Below, one piece after another: positions 46,764 through 55,180 of a DNA stretch of 58,331 nucleotides. Source of the DNA: Oscillospiraceae bacterium (GTDB lineage: Bacteria > Bacillota > Clostridia > Oscillospirales > CAG-272); contig SVSA01000002.1 in NCBI GenBank assembly GCA_015064545.1, forward strand, positions 1 to 58,331, in the 5' to 3' direction. A model generated the notes under the pieces. The model was not told the origin of the DNA and did no database searches. It was given only the letters and a program-made list of their open reading frames with translations. The first letter of the stretch is position 1. Each line of letters begins with the position of its first letter. A program made the translations under genes and the position numbers.

Positions 46764-47872
46764 CAGTCATCCTCCTCCTCATCGTCGTTGTGACGGCTTC
46801 CGCCGAACAGCGGTACATAATCGTCGGTGTCGTCCTCGTCCTCTTCGTCGTCCTCATCCTCGTCATTGTTTGCGTCAGGAGCGGAGACGGTGATTTTTTC
46901 CTCGTCGTCCTCTTCTTCGTCTTCCTCGTCCTCGTAACCGCCTTCGGTCAGATTCAGGAAGATTTCCTCCAGCGAGAGGGTGCTCTTGGCAAGATGGCGC
47001 ACCGGATAGCGCTGATCGGCAAAGGCAAAGAACAGCTTTTCGCGGCAGTCGGTGCCGGGCGTGACCTCAATCTCGACATTATAGAGATTGGGCTCCTCGG
47101 GATTGACCTCGGTTTGGAAGGAAAGCACCTCGGGAATGGTGCGCAGAATCGTCTCGATGCCGGCGGGATTGGCACGGACGGTCATGCGGAGCAGATTGTC
47201 GGGCGAGTGCGTCCGACGGATGTTCTCCAGCGTATCCGAGGCCACCAGATTACCGCGGTTGATGATCATAACATGATCGCATACGGCGGCAACCTCCGCC
47301 AGGATGTGGCTGGAGAGAATGATGGTACGTGTTTTGCCGAGATGCAGGATCAGATCGCGGATTTCGGTGATCTGGCGGGGGTCAAGACCGACGGTCGGCT
47401 CGTCCAGAATGATGAGCTGAGGATCGCCGAGCATGGCCTGCGCGATACCGACACGCTGACGGTAGCCCTTGGACAGATTCTTGATCAGACGGTTCCGCAT
47501 ATCGGTAATGTTTGTTTCCTCCATGACGCGATAAACCTGATCAAAGATCTCGGCGGCACGGATGCCCTTGGCCTCGGCGACAAAGCGAAGGTATTCCTCG
47601 GGTGTCATGTCGGGGTATACGGGCGGAATTTCGGGCAAATAGCCGATTTTGCGCTTGGCGGCAACCGGATCCGAGAAAATGTTGTGGCCGTCGATGATGA
47701 TCTCGCCCTCGGTGGGGGCAAGACAGCCGGTAATCATGTTCATGGTTGTCGATTTACCGGCGCCGTTCGGGCCGAGGAAGCCGTAGATCTTCCCCTGCTC
47801 GATCGAGAAGGTCAGGTGATTGACGACCGTGTGGTCGCCGTAGATTTTGGTAAGGTTCTTGACCTCGATCAA
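46763..47872 (-). CDS. ABC transporter ATP-binding protein with a ~65-aa poly-acidic C-terminal tail
   Basis: TTG start after gggagg. Walker A GPNGAGKST, signature LSKGYRQR, Walker B LIILDEP. Tail YEDEEDEEEDDEE...DDEEEDD. Confidence 0.9.
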   Translation of the reverse strand: MIEVKNLTKIYGDHTVVNHLTFSIEQGKIYGFLGPNGAGKSTTMNMITGCLAPTEGEIIIDGHNIFSDPVAAKRKIGYLPEIPPVYPDMTPEEYLRFVAEAKGIRAAEIFDQVYRVMEETNITDMRNRLIKNLSKGYRQRVGIAQAMLGDPQLIILDEPTVGLDPRQITEIRDLILHLGKTRTIILSSHILAEVAAVCDHVMIINRGNLVASDTLENIRRTHSPDNLLRMTVRANPAGIETILRTIPEVLSFQTEVNPEEPNLYNVEIEVTPGTDCREKLFFAFADQRYPVRHLAKSTLSLEEIFLNLTEGGYEDEEDEEEDDEEKITVSAPDANNDEDEDDEEDEDDTDDYVPLFGGSRHNDDEEEDD

Positions 47873-47905
47873 AGGATATCCCTCCCATTCGGTGATATTG
47901 TTTTC

Positions 47906-47957
47906 GTGATAGGATCTGTATATACCCTATCACAGATTTGTGACTGTTTTGTGATAG
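47906..47957. promoter_or_regulatory. three GTGATAG/CTATCAC boxes upstream of the ABC operon (candidate operator)
   Basis: GTGATAG 47906-12, CTATCAC 47927-33, GTGATAG 47951-57. Confidence 0.3.
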
Positions 47958-47992
47958 CAGGAAATTTTCTTTTGTTTTTTTGAAAAAGATGC

Positions 47993-48787
47993 TTACGGCA
48001 GGAACGCCGTACGAAATTCGACGGTAAGCGCGAGAATCAGCGCCGCTGTGCGGAAAAACGGACGAAACACATAAGGCGGCGGCCGTTTGGCGATCGGTTG
48101 TGCCACAGCGCCGATCGGAAACCGTTCGCCCGCAAGCATAAAGAAGGCCTCCTCCTCGGTGGCGGAAAGCAGAACCTCCGGGGGCAAGGATTGCCCCGCT
48201 TGCCGCTCGATCATCGCGGCAAAGGCCTCCAAGGCCGCCGTAAGATCCAACACGATCGCGTCGTCGTTGCCATGCAACGTAAGAGACGCGTCGGGAAACA
48301 GCGTGTCAAGCGCCATCGCCGTGATCGTGGAAAGCTCACGGCAGGTGACGGTGTGACCGTCGGCGGTGGCAAAGGCCGCTAAGGAGGAAAGGATCGATGT
48401 GCCCTTCGTCCCGGTGTGCCCGAGATAACCGCCGATCAGATGGGCCAACAGTGCAGAGGACGCCGGATGCGCGAGCACATCCGGCGGAAACATCCGCTTT
48501 TGTAAGGAGCGTGGAAAAAAGAGATAGCACCGTTCGGCCGAGGCATAGCCAAGCGCGGCGGCGGTTCCGTCGCCCTGCGGGATCACTTGGCAGTAGGGAG
48601 CCGAGGCGGCACGGCGAAAGGGAATGGCCGAGGCTGTCAGCAGAGCACCGCCGCAGCCGAGCAGAGCCGGATTGTGAAAAACCAGTCTGCCGTCGGGTGT
48701 TACCAGCGTTGGAACGGCCAAGCGGCAGAGCGTACGGTGTTCTGCGGTCGGAAGCCAGGACGGCCGCGTCGTTGAGGATGAGGGCAT
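47993..48787 (-). CDS. hypothetical Ala/Leu/Pro-rich protein, apparently co-transcribed with metA
   Basis: ATG lies 18 nt after the metA stop with gaggaagga upstream. No recognisable motifs. The GC-rich region gives long ORFs in other frames too. Confidence 0.4.
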   Translation of the reverse strand: MPSSSTTRPSWLPTAEHRTLCRLAVPTLVTPDGRLVFHNPALLGCGGALLTASAIPFRRAASAPYCQVIPQGDGTAAALGYASAERCYLFFPRSLQKRMFPPDVLAHPASSALLAHLIGGYLGHTGTKGTSILSSLAAFATADGHTVTCRELSTITAMALDTLFPDASLTLHGNDDAIVLDLTAALEAFAAMIERQAGQSLPPEVLLSATEEEAFFMLAGERFPIGAVAQPIAKRPPPYVFRPFFRTAALILALTVEFRTAFLP

Positions 48788-48805
48788 CGGTCCTTCCTCG
48801 ATTTC

Positions 48806-49726
48806 TTAGGAATTCAGCCGCGAGAGATCGTACGGGGTTGTCTGGTAGACAAAATAATTCAGCCAGTTCGAGTAGAGCAGATTGGCGTGAGAGCGCCAGG
48901 TGACCTGCGGCGGCTGCGAGGGATCGTCGTTCGGGAAATAATGCACCGGAATATGAGGATTCTTCCCCTGGCCGAGATCGCGGTAGTATTCGTCGGCGAG
49001 CGTGTTGGCATCGTATTCCGAGTGGCCGGTGATAAAGATCTGCTTGCCGTTTTTGGTGGCCATCGCGTAAACGCCGCATTCCTCGGAGGAGGCGAGGATT
49101 TTTAAACCCTCGATTTTCTCCACGTCGGCGCGGTCGACGGTGGTGTGTCGGCTCTGCGGCACCGGGAAAACATCATCAAAGCCGCGTAAGAGCATCGAGT
49201 TTTTGTAGTCTGCTACGTGCGGATAGACGCCCGAAAGCTTGGCGGGTAGGGTGTGCTTCTGAATGCCGAAATGATAATACAAGCCGGCCTGTGCGCCCCA
49301 GCAGATGTGGAAGGTGCTGTGAACATGGGTTTTCGACCATTCCATAATTTCGCACAGCTCGTCCCAGTATTCGACCTCTTCAAACGGCATATGTTCAACC
49401 GGCGCACCGGTGATGATCAGCCCATCGAAGTTGCGGTGCTTGACATCGGCAAAGGTTTTGTAGAAGGTCAGCATATGCTCCTTGGTGACATTTTTGGATT
49501 CATAGGTTTGGGTATGAATCAGCTCAAGCTCGACCTGAAGCGGTGTGTTGCCGAGGAGTCGCGAAAGCTGGGTTTCGGTTTCGATCTTTTTCGGCATCAG
49601 GTTGAGGAGCAAAATCTGAAGCGGACGGATATCCTGCGTCGCGGCACGGGTTTCGTCCATGATAAAGATATTCTCGCGATGGAGAACCTCGGCGGCCGGG
49701 AGATTGTTGGGGATTTTGATCGGCAT
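48806..49726 (-). CDS. metA: homoserine O-acyltransferase (MetA family)
   Basis: [37 protein letters not shown]. Confidence 0.92.
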   Translation of the reverse strand: MPIKIPNNLPAAEVLHRENIFIMDETRAATQDIRPLQILLLNLMPKKIETETQLSRLLGNTPLQVELELIHTQTYESKNVTKEHMLTFYKTFADVKHRNFDGLIITGAPVEHMPFEEVEYWDELCEIMEWSKTHVHSTFHICWGAQAGLYYHFGIQKHTLPAKLSGVYPHVADYKNSMLLRGFDDVFPVPQSRHTTVDRADVEKIEGLKILASSEECGVYAMATKNGKQIFITGHSEYDANTLADEYYRDLGQGKNPHIPVHYFPNDDPSQPPQVTWRSHANLLYSNWLNYFVYQTTPYDLSRLNS

Positions 49727-50020
49727 GATGATGTCCTTTTTGTTTTTTTTATTTTATCGTGATATTGTTTCGATTGAATGGCAAGCGACACTCGTATTGC
49801 CACATCTCGGCAGAAGAAGTCAGCGCTTTCTTTACGAAAACCGTTTTGCCGACCGAGCGTCAAGCGGTACTCGCTGTACTGCACCTCGGCGCAAGAAGTC
49901 TTACCGTTTTGCCAAAACCGGCGAGCCGGCTTAGCGCTACGCGGTGAAGGTCTACCGATGCCTCAGCAGAAGAGGCTACACCGCCTTTGCCAAAACCGGC
50001 GAGCCGGAGGCGAGACGTAG

Positions 50021-50078
50021 AGCTTCTTCTTTTTGATTCTAAAACTTTTTCTTCGAAGAAGAAGAAAAAGTTTTAGCG
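50021..50078. repeat. left arm of a perfect 58-bp inverted repeat
   Basis: Its reverse complement equals 50297-50354 exactly. The arm itself contains a 13-bp-stem hairpin, ctaaaactttttc/gaaaaagttttag. Confidence 0.9.
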
Positions 50079-50296
50079 CCCTTCTTTGGGTACCTTTCTT
50101 TGGCGCCAAAGAAAGGTACGAAAAAGAAAACTGAGCTAATTCATTATTTAAAGTAACCCTGAAGTCAGATTTATTTTAATCTTAGCTATCCCATAAAAAT
50201 GCTTGCTTCTTCTCTTCCAACACAAACAAGATAGAATACGTAGGTGTTTTTTTCTCTACTTTCTTTTCACGGGAAAAGAAAGTAGCAAAGAAACCA

Positions 50297-50354
50297 CGCT
50301 AAAACTTTTTCTTCTTCTTCGAAGAAAAAGTTTTAGAATCAAAAAGAAGAAGCT
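50297..50354. repeat. right arm of the perfect 58-bp inverted repeat (218-bp AT-rich spacer between the arms)
   Basis: See the left arm. Imperfect complementarity continues ~35 bp outward on both sides. Confidence 0.9.
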
Positions 50355-50427
50355 TTACGCCTCGCCTGCGGCTCGTCGGTTTTGGTAAGTAAGATATTAC
50401 TTGTTTTGCTAAGGTGTAGCACGGCGA

Positions 50428-50638
50428 GTACCGCTTACCGTTCGGTGAGTGCGTCGGCTTTGACAAAGAAAGAACGCGACGGGCTTCGAAGGGGCAGCGC
50501 CCCTTGGTCTTGGAGAGAACGTGATAACTTCCGCTGCTAAGGCCTCGGTACGCCTGTACCGCTTACCGTTCGGTCGGTGCGGCGGCTTTGACAAAGAAAG
50601 AACGCGACGGGCATCGAAGGGGCAGCGCCCCTTCGATG
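50428..50638. repeat. two ~80-bp direct repeats (50428-50506 and 50556-50638), each ending in an aaggggcagcgcccctt hairpin
   Basis: gtaccgcttaccgttcggt..g.gcggctttgacaaagaaagaacgcgacgggc.tcgaaggggcagcgcccctt occurs twice. The distal hairpin (50611-50639) lies just after the metY stop and may terminate it. Confidence 0.8.
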
Positions 50639-50649
50639 CGTCAAAAACC

Positions 50650-51933
50650 TTAATCCTGAAGCGCTTGTTCGATATCGGCGATGAGGTCCTCGGCATCCTC
50701 GATGCCGCAGGAGAAACGGACGAGGTCGGCAGGAACGCCGGCGGCGGCAAGCTCGGCATCCGACATCTGGCGATGGGTCGTGCTGGCGGGGTGGAGGCAG
50801 CAGGAACGGGCATCCGCAACGTGGGTTTCGATCGCGGCGATCTTCAGCTTGCCCATGAATTTCTGCGCGGCATCGCGTCCGCCCTTCACGCCGAAGGAGA
50901 CAACACCGCAGGCGCCGTTCGGCAGATACTTTTCCGCGAGTGCGTAATAGGGGCTGGAGGGGAGCTTGGGATAATTCACCCACGCGATTTTTTCGTGGCT
51001 CTCAAGGAAGGCGGCGACCTTTTCGGCGTTTTCGCAATGACGCTTCATGCGGACATGGAGCGATTCCAGACCGAGATTCAGCAGGAAGGCATCCTGCGGC
51101 GACTGCACCGAGCCGAAGTCACGCATGAGCTGGGCGGTTGCCTTTGTGATATACGCACCGGCAAGGCCGAAGCGCTCGGTATAGGTTACACCGTGGTAGC
51201 TGTCGTCGGGGGTGCAGAGACCGGGGAATTTATCGGGGTACTTGGTCCAATCGAACTTACCCGAATCGACGATACAGCCGCCGACGGCGGCGCCGTGGCC
51301 GTCCATATACTTGGTGGTGGAATGGGTGACAATATCGGCACCGAATTCGAAGGGACGGCAGTTGACGGGGGTAGCAAAGGTATTATCGACGATCAGCGGC
51401 ACGCCGTGGGCGTGGGCGGCATCGGCAAATTTTTCGATATCGAGCACCGTCAGAGCAGGGTTAGCGATGGTCTCGCCGAAGACGGCCTTGGTATTGGGAC
51501 GGAAGGCGGCGTCCAGCTCCTCGCGGGTGCAATCGGGGGAGACGAAGGTGAACTCGATGCCCATACGTTTCATCGTGACGGCGAACAGGTTATAGGTGCC
51601 GCCGTAGATGGAGGCCGAGGACACGACATGATCGCCGCAGGAAGCGATATTGAAGATGCTATAGAAGGAGGCGGCCTGTCCGGAGGAGGTCAGCATGGCG
51701 GCCGTACCGCCCTCGAGCTGGCAGATTTTGGCGGCGACGGTGTCGCAGGTCGGATTTTGCAGACGGGAATAGAAATAGCCCGAGGCTTCGAGGTCAAAGA
51801 GCTTGCCCATGGCCTCGCCGGTGGCATATTTAAAGGTTGTGCTCTGGATGATTGGGATTTGGCGCGGCTCGCCGTTACCGGGCGTATAGCCCCCCTGAAC
51901 ACAGACAGTTCCTGTTTTTCTTGTATCTTTCAT
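50650..51933 (-). CDS. metY: O-acetylhomoserine sulfhydrylase/aminocarboxypropyltransferase (PLP-dependent, Cys/Met metabolism family)
   Basis: 427 aa; SGQAA, STTKYMDGHG (PLP-Lys) and RFSCGIED C-terminal motif. Confidence 0.92.
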   Translation of the reverse strand: MKDTRKTGTVCVQGGYTPGNGEPRQIPIIQSTTFKYATGEAMGKLFDLEASGYFYSRLQNPTCDTVAAKICQLEGGTAAMLTSSGQAASFYSIFNIASCGDHVVSSASIYGGTYNLFAVTMKRMGIEFTFVSPDCTREELDAAFRPNTKAVFGETIANPALTVLDIEKFADAAHAHGVPLIVDNTFATPVNCRPFEFGADIVTHSTTKYMDGHGAAVGGCIVDSGKFDWTKYPDKFPGLCTPDDSYHGVTYTERFGLAGAYITKATAQLMRDFGSVQSPQDAFLLNLGLESLHVRMKRHCENAEKVAAFLESHEKIAWVNYPKLPSSPYYALAEKYLPNGACGVVSFGVKGGRDAAQKFMGKLKIAAIETHVADARSCCLHPASTTHRQMSDAELAAAGVPADLVRFSCGIEDAEDLIADIEQALQD

Positions 51934-51987
51934 GATCGGGATCCCTTCCGCACCGCAACGGTGCTTTCAAATTCGGTTCAACAATCC

Positions 51988-52017
51988 ATTATAGCATACT
52001 TTCATGACGGATGGCAA
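51988..52017 (-). promoter_or_regulatory. sigma-A-type promoter of metY
   Basis: On the minus strand: cTCTTGCCATCC (-35 TTGCCA), 18 nt, TATAAT, then a ~55-nt leader. Confidence 0.5.
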
Positions 52018-52049
52018 GAGAATTTGTTTCGAAATTGTAATATTTCAAG

Positions 52050-52079
52050 AAAAAAGCACCGCTTGTACAAGCGGTGCTT
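52050..52079 (-). terminator. terminator of the transglutaminase-like lipoprotein gene
   Basis: agcaccgcttg/caagcggtgct, T6 on the minus strand. Confidence 0.8.
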
Positions 52080-52163
52080 GGGTAGATAGGGCGGCGAGGC
52101 GCGTGAGGACGGCGCACGGGAAGCCCATGATCCTTTGTATGGCCGAAGCGCGCTGCGGTATTT

Positions 52164-54206
52164 TTACCAGAAGAAGGGGTAGGGGCGGTCGATAATCTTA
52201 TGGGTAAACGCCATCAGGTCGGGGGAAATGTCGAACCACTTAGCGCTCGCGTTTTCTGTGAGATATTCGCCGTTTTCGTAGCGATTGCCCGAATCCCAGG
52301 TGGGATCCATGATGACCCATCGGTTCTCCTCGGCGAGATACGCTTCAATATGAACGTGGTTGCTCTCGGTTGTTTGCGCGTTATTCTCATCAATCGTGCC
52401 GGAGCCGGTAGAATAGGTGCTGACGCGGATACAGGGAATTCCCTGCGCTTGAATCAGATTGCCAAGGAGTGTGGCATAGCCATCGCAAACCGAGCGTCGC
52501 GTTTCGTAAACCTCGAGGGCAGAGAGCGAGAGCGAATCGCTTCGGCCATAGAGATAGTCATAATCGTAGTAGATATTTTCCGCTACCCACTTATTCAACA
52601 GGTAGAGCTTTCGATAGGTATCGGTTTCATCGCCCACGATCTCGTTGGACAGGTTACGGATGGTATCCGAAATCGTAAGGGACAGGCATTCGGAGGGATC
52701 GACCCATTGACGCTGGAGCGACAGGTTATGAGACAACACCGGGGACAGCCGGAACACGTATCCGTCCTCGGAGGGCATGACCGAAATTTCATGCCAGATA
52801 TAACTCCAGAAGTTGGATTCGCCGTTAACCTGCGTGAAAATCGACACGTAGGTTTCTTCGGTTACCCGGGACAGAGAGAGCTCGGTGTAGAAGAACTCGC
52901 CGCTCGTTACCGACACGAATTCATCCTCGAGATTCGAGGGGATTTCGCATCGGAGCCAGAGCTTGGTCAGGCCGTCTCGCTGAATTCGGCCTTGAATGGT
53001 CAGCGTATCGTCCGTAATGCGGAATTCCACGCAGTTGTTCGGATTGTTGGAGGTGATGATGCGGGTGGGGGAGCCATACAGTGAGGGATCGAAGTTGAGG
53101 ACTCCGATATTCTTGTCGTAGGTTCCCTTACAAACATCACAGGTATAGGTCAGGATGCCTGCCACGGTGGGCGTGGGCGCCACCTTGACGGTGTAGGAGG
53201 AATAGTGATGTCCCGTCGCGGGAAGAATCTCTACCGTACGGCTGGAGCAACGGGAGCAAGCGGTTGTTTTGCTGCCGTTCGTTTCGCAGGTGGCCTTGAC
53301 GGTGGTGGTTTGATAATGGTGTCCCTTGGCGGGGATGGTTTCGGTTTTGGAGAAGCTGCAACGGGAGCAGGTGGTTACCGTTTTTCCTGCGGTGGTGCAG
53401 GTAGCCTCGGTGGTTGTGGTTTTGGTATCGTGTCCCTTGGCGGGGATGGTTTCGGTTTGGGAGAAGCTGCAACGGGAGCAGGTGGTTACTGTTTTTCCTG
53501 TCGCGGTACAGGTAGCCTCGGTGGTTGTGGTTTTGGTATCGTGTCCCTTGGCGGGGATGGTTTCGGTTTGGGAGAAGCTGCAACGGGAGCAGGTGGTTAC
53601 CGTTTTTCCTGTCGTGGTACAGGTAGCCTCGGTGGTTGTGGTTTTGGTATCGTGTCCCTTGGCGGGGATGGTTTCGGTTTGGGAGAAGCTGCAACGGGAG
53701 CAGGTGGTTACCGTTTTTCCTGTCGCGGTACAGGTAGCCTCGGTGGTTGTGGTTTTGGTATCGTGTCCCTTGGCAGGGATGATTTCGGTTTTGGAGAAGC
53801 TGCAACGGGAGCAGGTGGTTACCGTTTTTCCTGCGGTGGTGCAGGTGGCTTCGGTGGTTGTGGTTTTATATTCGTGGGGACACGAGGTGTCAGCCGGTTC
53901 GGTGGTTTCGGGAGGTGTGGTATCCTCGGTGGTGATATTCTCGGTGGTTTCGGGAGGAATGGTATCCTCGGTGGTGATATCCTCGGCGGTCTCGGGAGGT
54001 GTGGTGTCCTCGGTGGTGATATCCTCGGCGGTCCCGGAAGGAATGGTATCCTTCTCTGAGGTGTCCGCCACGGTGGTTCCGGAGGCGGTAATGTCCTTGG
54101 TGGTGATATCCGCAGTCGTTTCGGGGACGGTTTCGGGCTGTAACCCACAGGCTGCAAGCGAGAGCAGGAGAAGCAGGGAGAGGAGATAAAGAAGATAGCG
54201 TTTCAT
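52164..54206 (-). CDS. lipoprotein with acidic Thr-rich repeats, seven Cys-rich ~37-aa repeats and a C-terminal transglutaminase-core (Cys-His-Asp) domain
   Basis: Start at MKRYLLYLLSLLLLLSLAAC (lipobox). Repeats TKTTTTEATCT..GKTVTTCSRCSFS.TE.IPAKGHD. Core RRSVCDGYATLLGNLIQAQGIPCIRV ... HVHIEAY ... WVIMDPTWD. Confidence 0.8.
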   Translation of the reverse strand: MKRYLLYLLSLLLLLSLAACGLQPETVPETTADITTKDITASGTTVADTSEKDTIPSGTAEDITTEDTTPPETAEDITTEDTIPPETTENITTEDTTPPETTEPADTSCPHEYKTTTTEATCTTAGKTVTTCSRCSFSKTEIIPAKGHDTKTTTTEATCTATGKTVTTCSRCSFSQTETIPAKGHDTKTTTTEATCTTTGKTVTTCSRCSFSQTETIPAKGHDTKTTTTEATCTATGKTVTTCSRCSFSQTETIPAKGHDTKTTTTEATCTTAGKTVTTCSRCSFSKTETIPAKGHHYQTTTVKATCETNGSKTTACSRCSSRTVEILPATGHHYSSYTVKVAPTPTVAGILTYTCDVCKGTYDKNIGVLNFDPSLYGSPTRIITSNNPNNCVEFRITDDTLTIQGRIQRDGLTKLWLRCEIPSNLEDEFVSVTSGEFFYTELSLSRVTEETYVSIFTQVNGESNFWSYIWHEISVMPSEDGYVFRLSPVLSHNLSLQRQWVDPSECLSLTISDTIRNLSNEIVGDETDTYRKLYLLNKWVAENIYYDYDYLYGRSDSLSLSALEVYETRRSVCDGYATLLGNLIQAQGIPCIRVSTYSTGSGTIDENNAQTTESNHVHIEAYLAEENRWVIMDPTWDSGNRYENGEYLTENASAKWFDISPDLMAFTHKIIDRPYPFFW
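53319..53874 (-). repeat. five tandem near-identical 111-bp coding repeats
   Basis: Unit starts (gtgtcccttgg) at 53319, 53430, 53541, 53652 and 53763. Two degenerate units continue to ~53170. Confidence 0.9.
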
Positions 54207-54348
54207 GCAGATGTCTACCTTTCTGTTGGATGTGATCGCTCGCATCAGCGATGGTGCGGGGCGCACGCCAAGTGTACGGCCGCTTAGCGAATGCCGCTGG
54301 GATCCCTTCCGCATCCGAACGGGGCGTTCCCATCGGTTTGACAAGAAT

Positions 54349-54378
54349 AGTATAGCACACATTCCCGGTGGATGGCAA
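54349..54378 (-). promoter_or_regulatory. sigma-A-type promoter of the transglutaminase-like lipoprotein gene
   Basis: On the minus strand: cTCTTGCCATCC, 18 nt, TATACT, then a ~135-nt leader. Confidence 0.5.
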
Positions 54379-54405
54379 GAGCATTTGCAAAAAAACAAAA
54401 GATTT

Positions 54406-54437
54406 CAAAAAAAGCACCGCTTGTGCAAGCGGTGCTT
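54406..54437 (-). terminator. terminator after the 54462-55109 gene
   Basis: agcaccgcttg/caagcggtgct with T7 on the minus strand. Almost the same sequence as the terminator at 52050-52079. Confidence 0.8.
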
Positions 54438-54461
54438 GGGAGGATGAGGGAAACGCGCGGC

Positions 54462-55109
54462 TTATCGAACAATCTCTTCAACGAGCTCGTTCCGATAGCC
54501 GATAGCAACCGAACCGCCGTCCTTCAGCAGATAGGAAAAGCGAATATAACCGCTTCCTACGGGCAGACCGTCCGAATGAAGGAGGGCGATGACCTCCTCG
54601 CGGCTCATGCCGACGGTGATGGCATCAAAGTCCGAAAGCGCGAAGAAACGCTCCGGCTCACGCTCCTGCGCGTCCGGCAGAGCGTAATAGCCGTTTTTGT
54701 CACAGGGGAATTCAATACTGTCGTTGTTACTGTCGTCAGCAGGCTTCAGGCGCAGATCGCGGAGCACATAGGTGCGCCAAGCGGCGGCCGAATCGGTGCC
54801 TTTTTCCTTGTCGGTGTCGTAGAGGGCGGCAACGAGGCGTTGTCCGTTGACCTCATACGAAATCTCGGCAAAATCGGCAAAGGCGGTAAAGATCTCCTTC
54901 GGCTCACCGAGCAAGGCAACAACGTCATCGGCCGTCATGCCGTATTTCAGCTGTTCGATGTCGGCAAAGGCGGCGTAATCGGAGGGCGGGATGTCCTTTG
55001 TTTCAGCCTCGGTATCGGTTGTTACGACACCGGATCCGGGCGGGTTTGTGCAGGCCGCAAGCGAAAGCAGGAGAAGCAGGGAGAGGAGACAGAGAATATG
55101 GTGTTTCAT
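54462..55109 (-). CDS. lipoprotein with two GMT..EV..LG modules
   Basis: MKHHILCLLSLLLLLSLAAC. LKYGMTADDVVALLGEP and ITVGMSREEVIALLHSDGLPVGSGYIRFSYLLKDGGSVAIGY. Linker NGYYALPDAQEREPERFF resembles the anti-sigma DSHGYFALPGRELTDPERFF. Confidence 0.7.
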   Translation of the reverse strand: MKHHILCLLSLLLLLSLAACTNPPGSGVVTTDTEAETKDIPPSDYAAFADIEQLKYGMTADDVVALLGEPKEIFTAFADFAEISYEVNGQRLVAALYDTDKEKGTDSAAAWRTYVLRDLRLKPADDSNNDSIEFPCDKNGYYALPDAQEREPERFFALSDFDAITVGMSREEVIALLHSDGLPVGSGYIRFSYLLKDGGSVAIGYRNELVEEIVR

Positions 55110-55180
55110 GAGGGCTCCTTTCGAGCGGGATTTTATGCGTCAGGAAGAAGGAAGTTGCCGGCTTCGTCGGTTTGGAGCGC
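55030..55180 (-). repeat. IR2 copy B (inverted partner of 4424-4574)
   Basis: See IR2 copy A. Confidence 0.9.

Noticed and set aside
51934-52163. S-box (SAM-I) riboswitch or T-box upstream of metY, and likewise upstream of metA.
   Set aside because: The metY leader is only ~55 nt after a good promoter and lacks the conserved SAM-I core sequences. The metA upstream region is made of repeats and palindromes without recognisable S-box or T-box (specifier/T-box sequence) elements.
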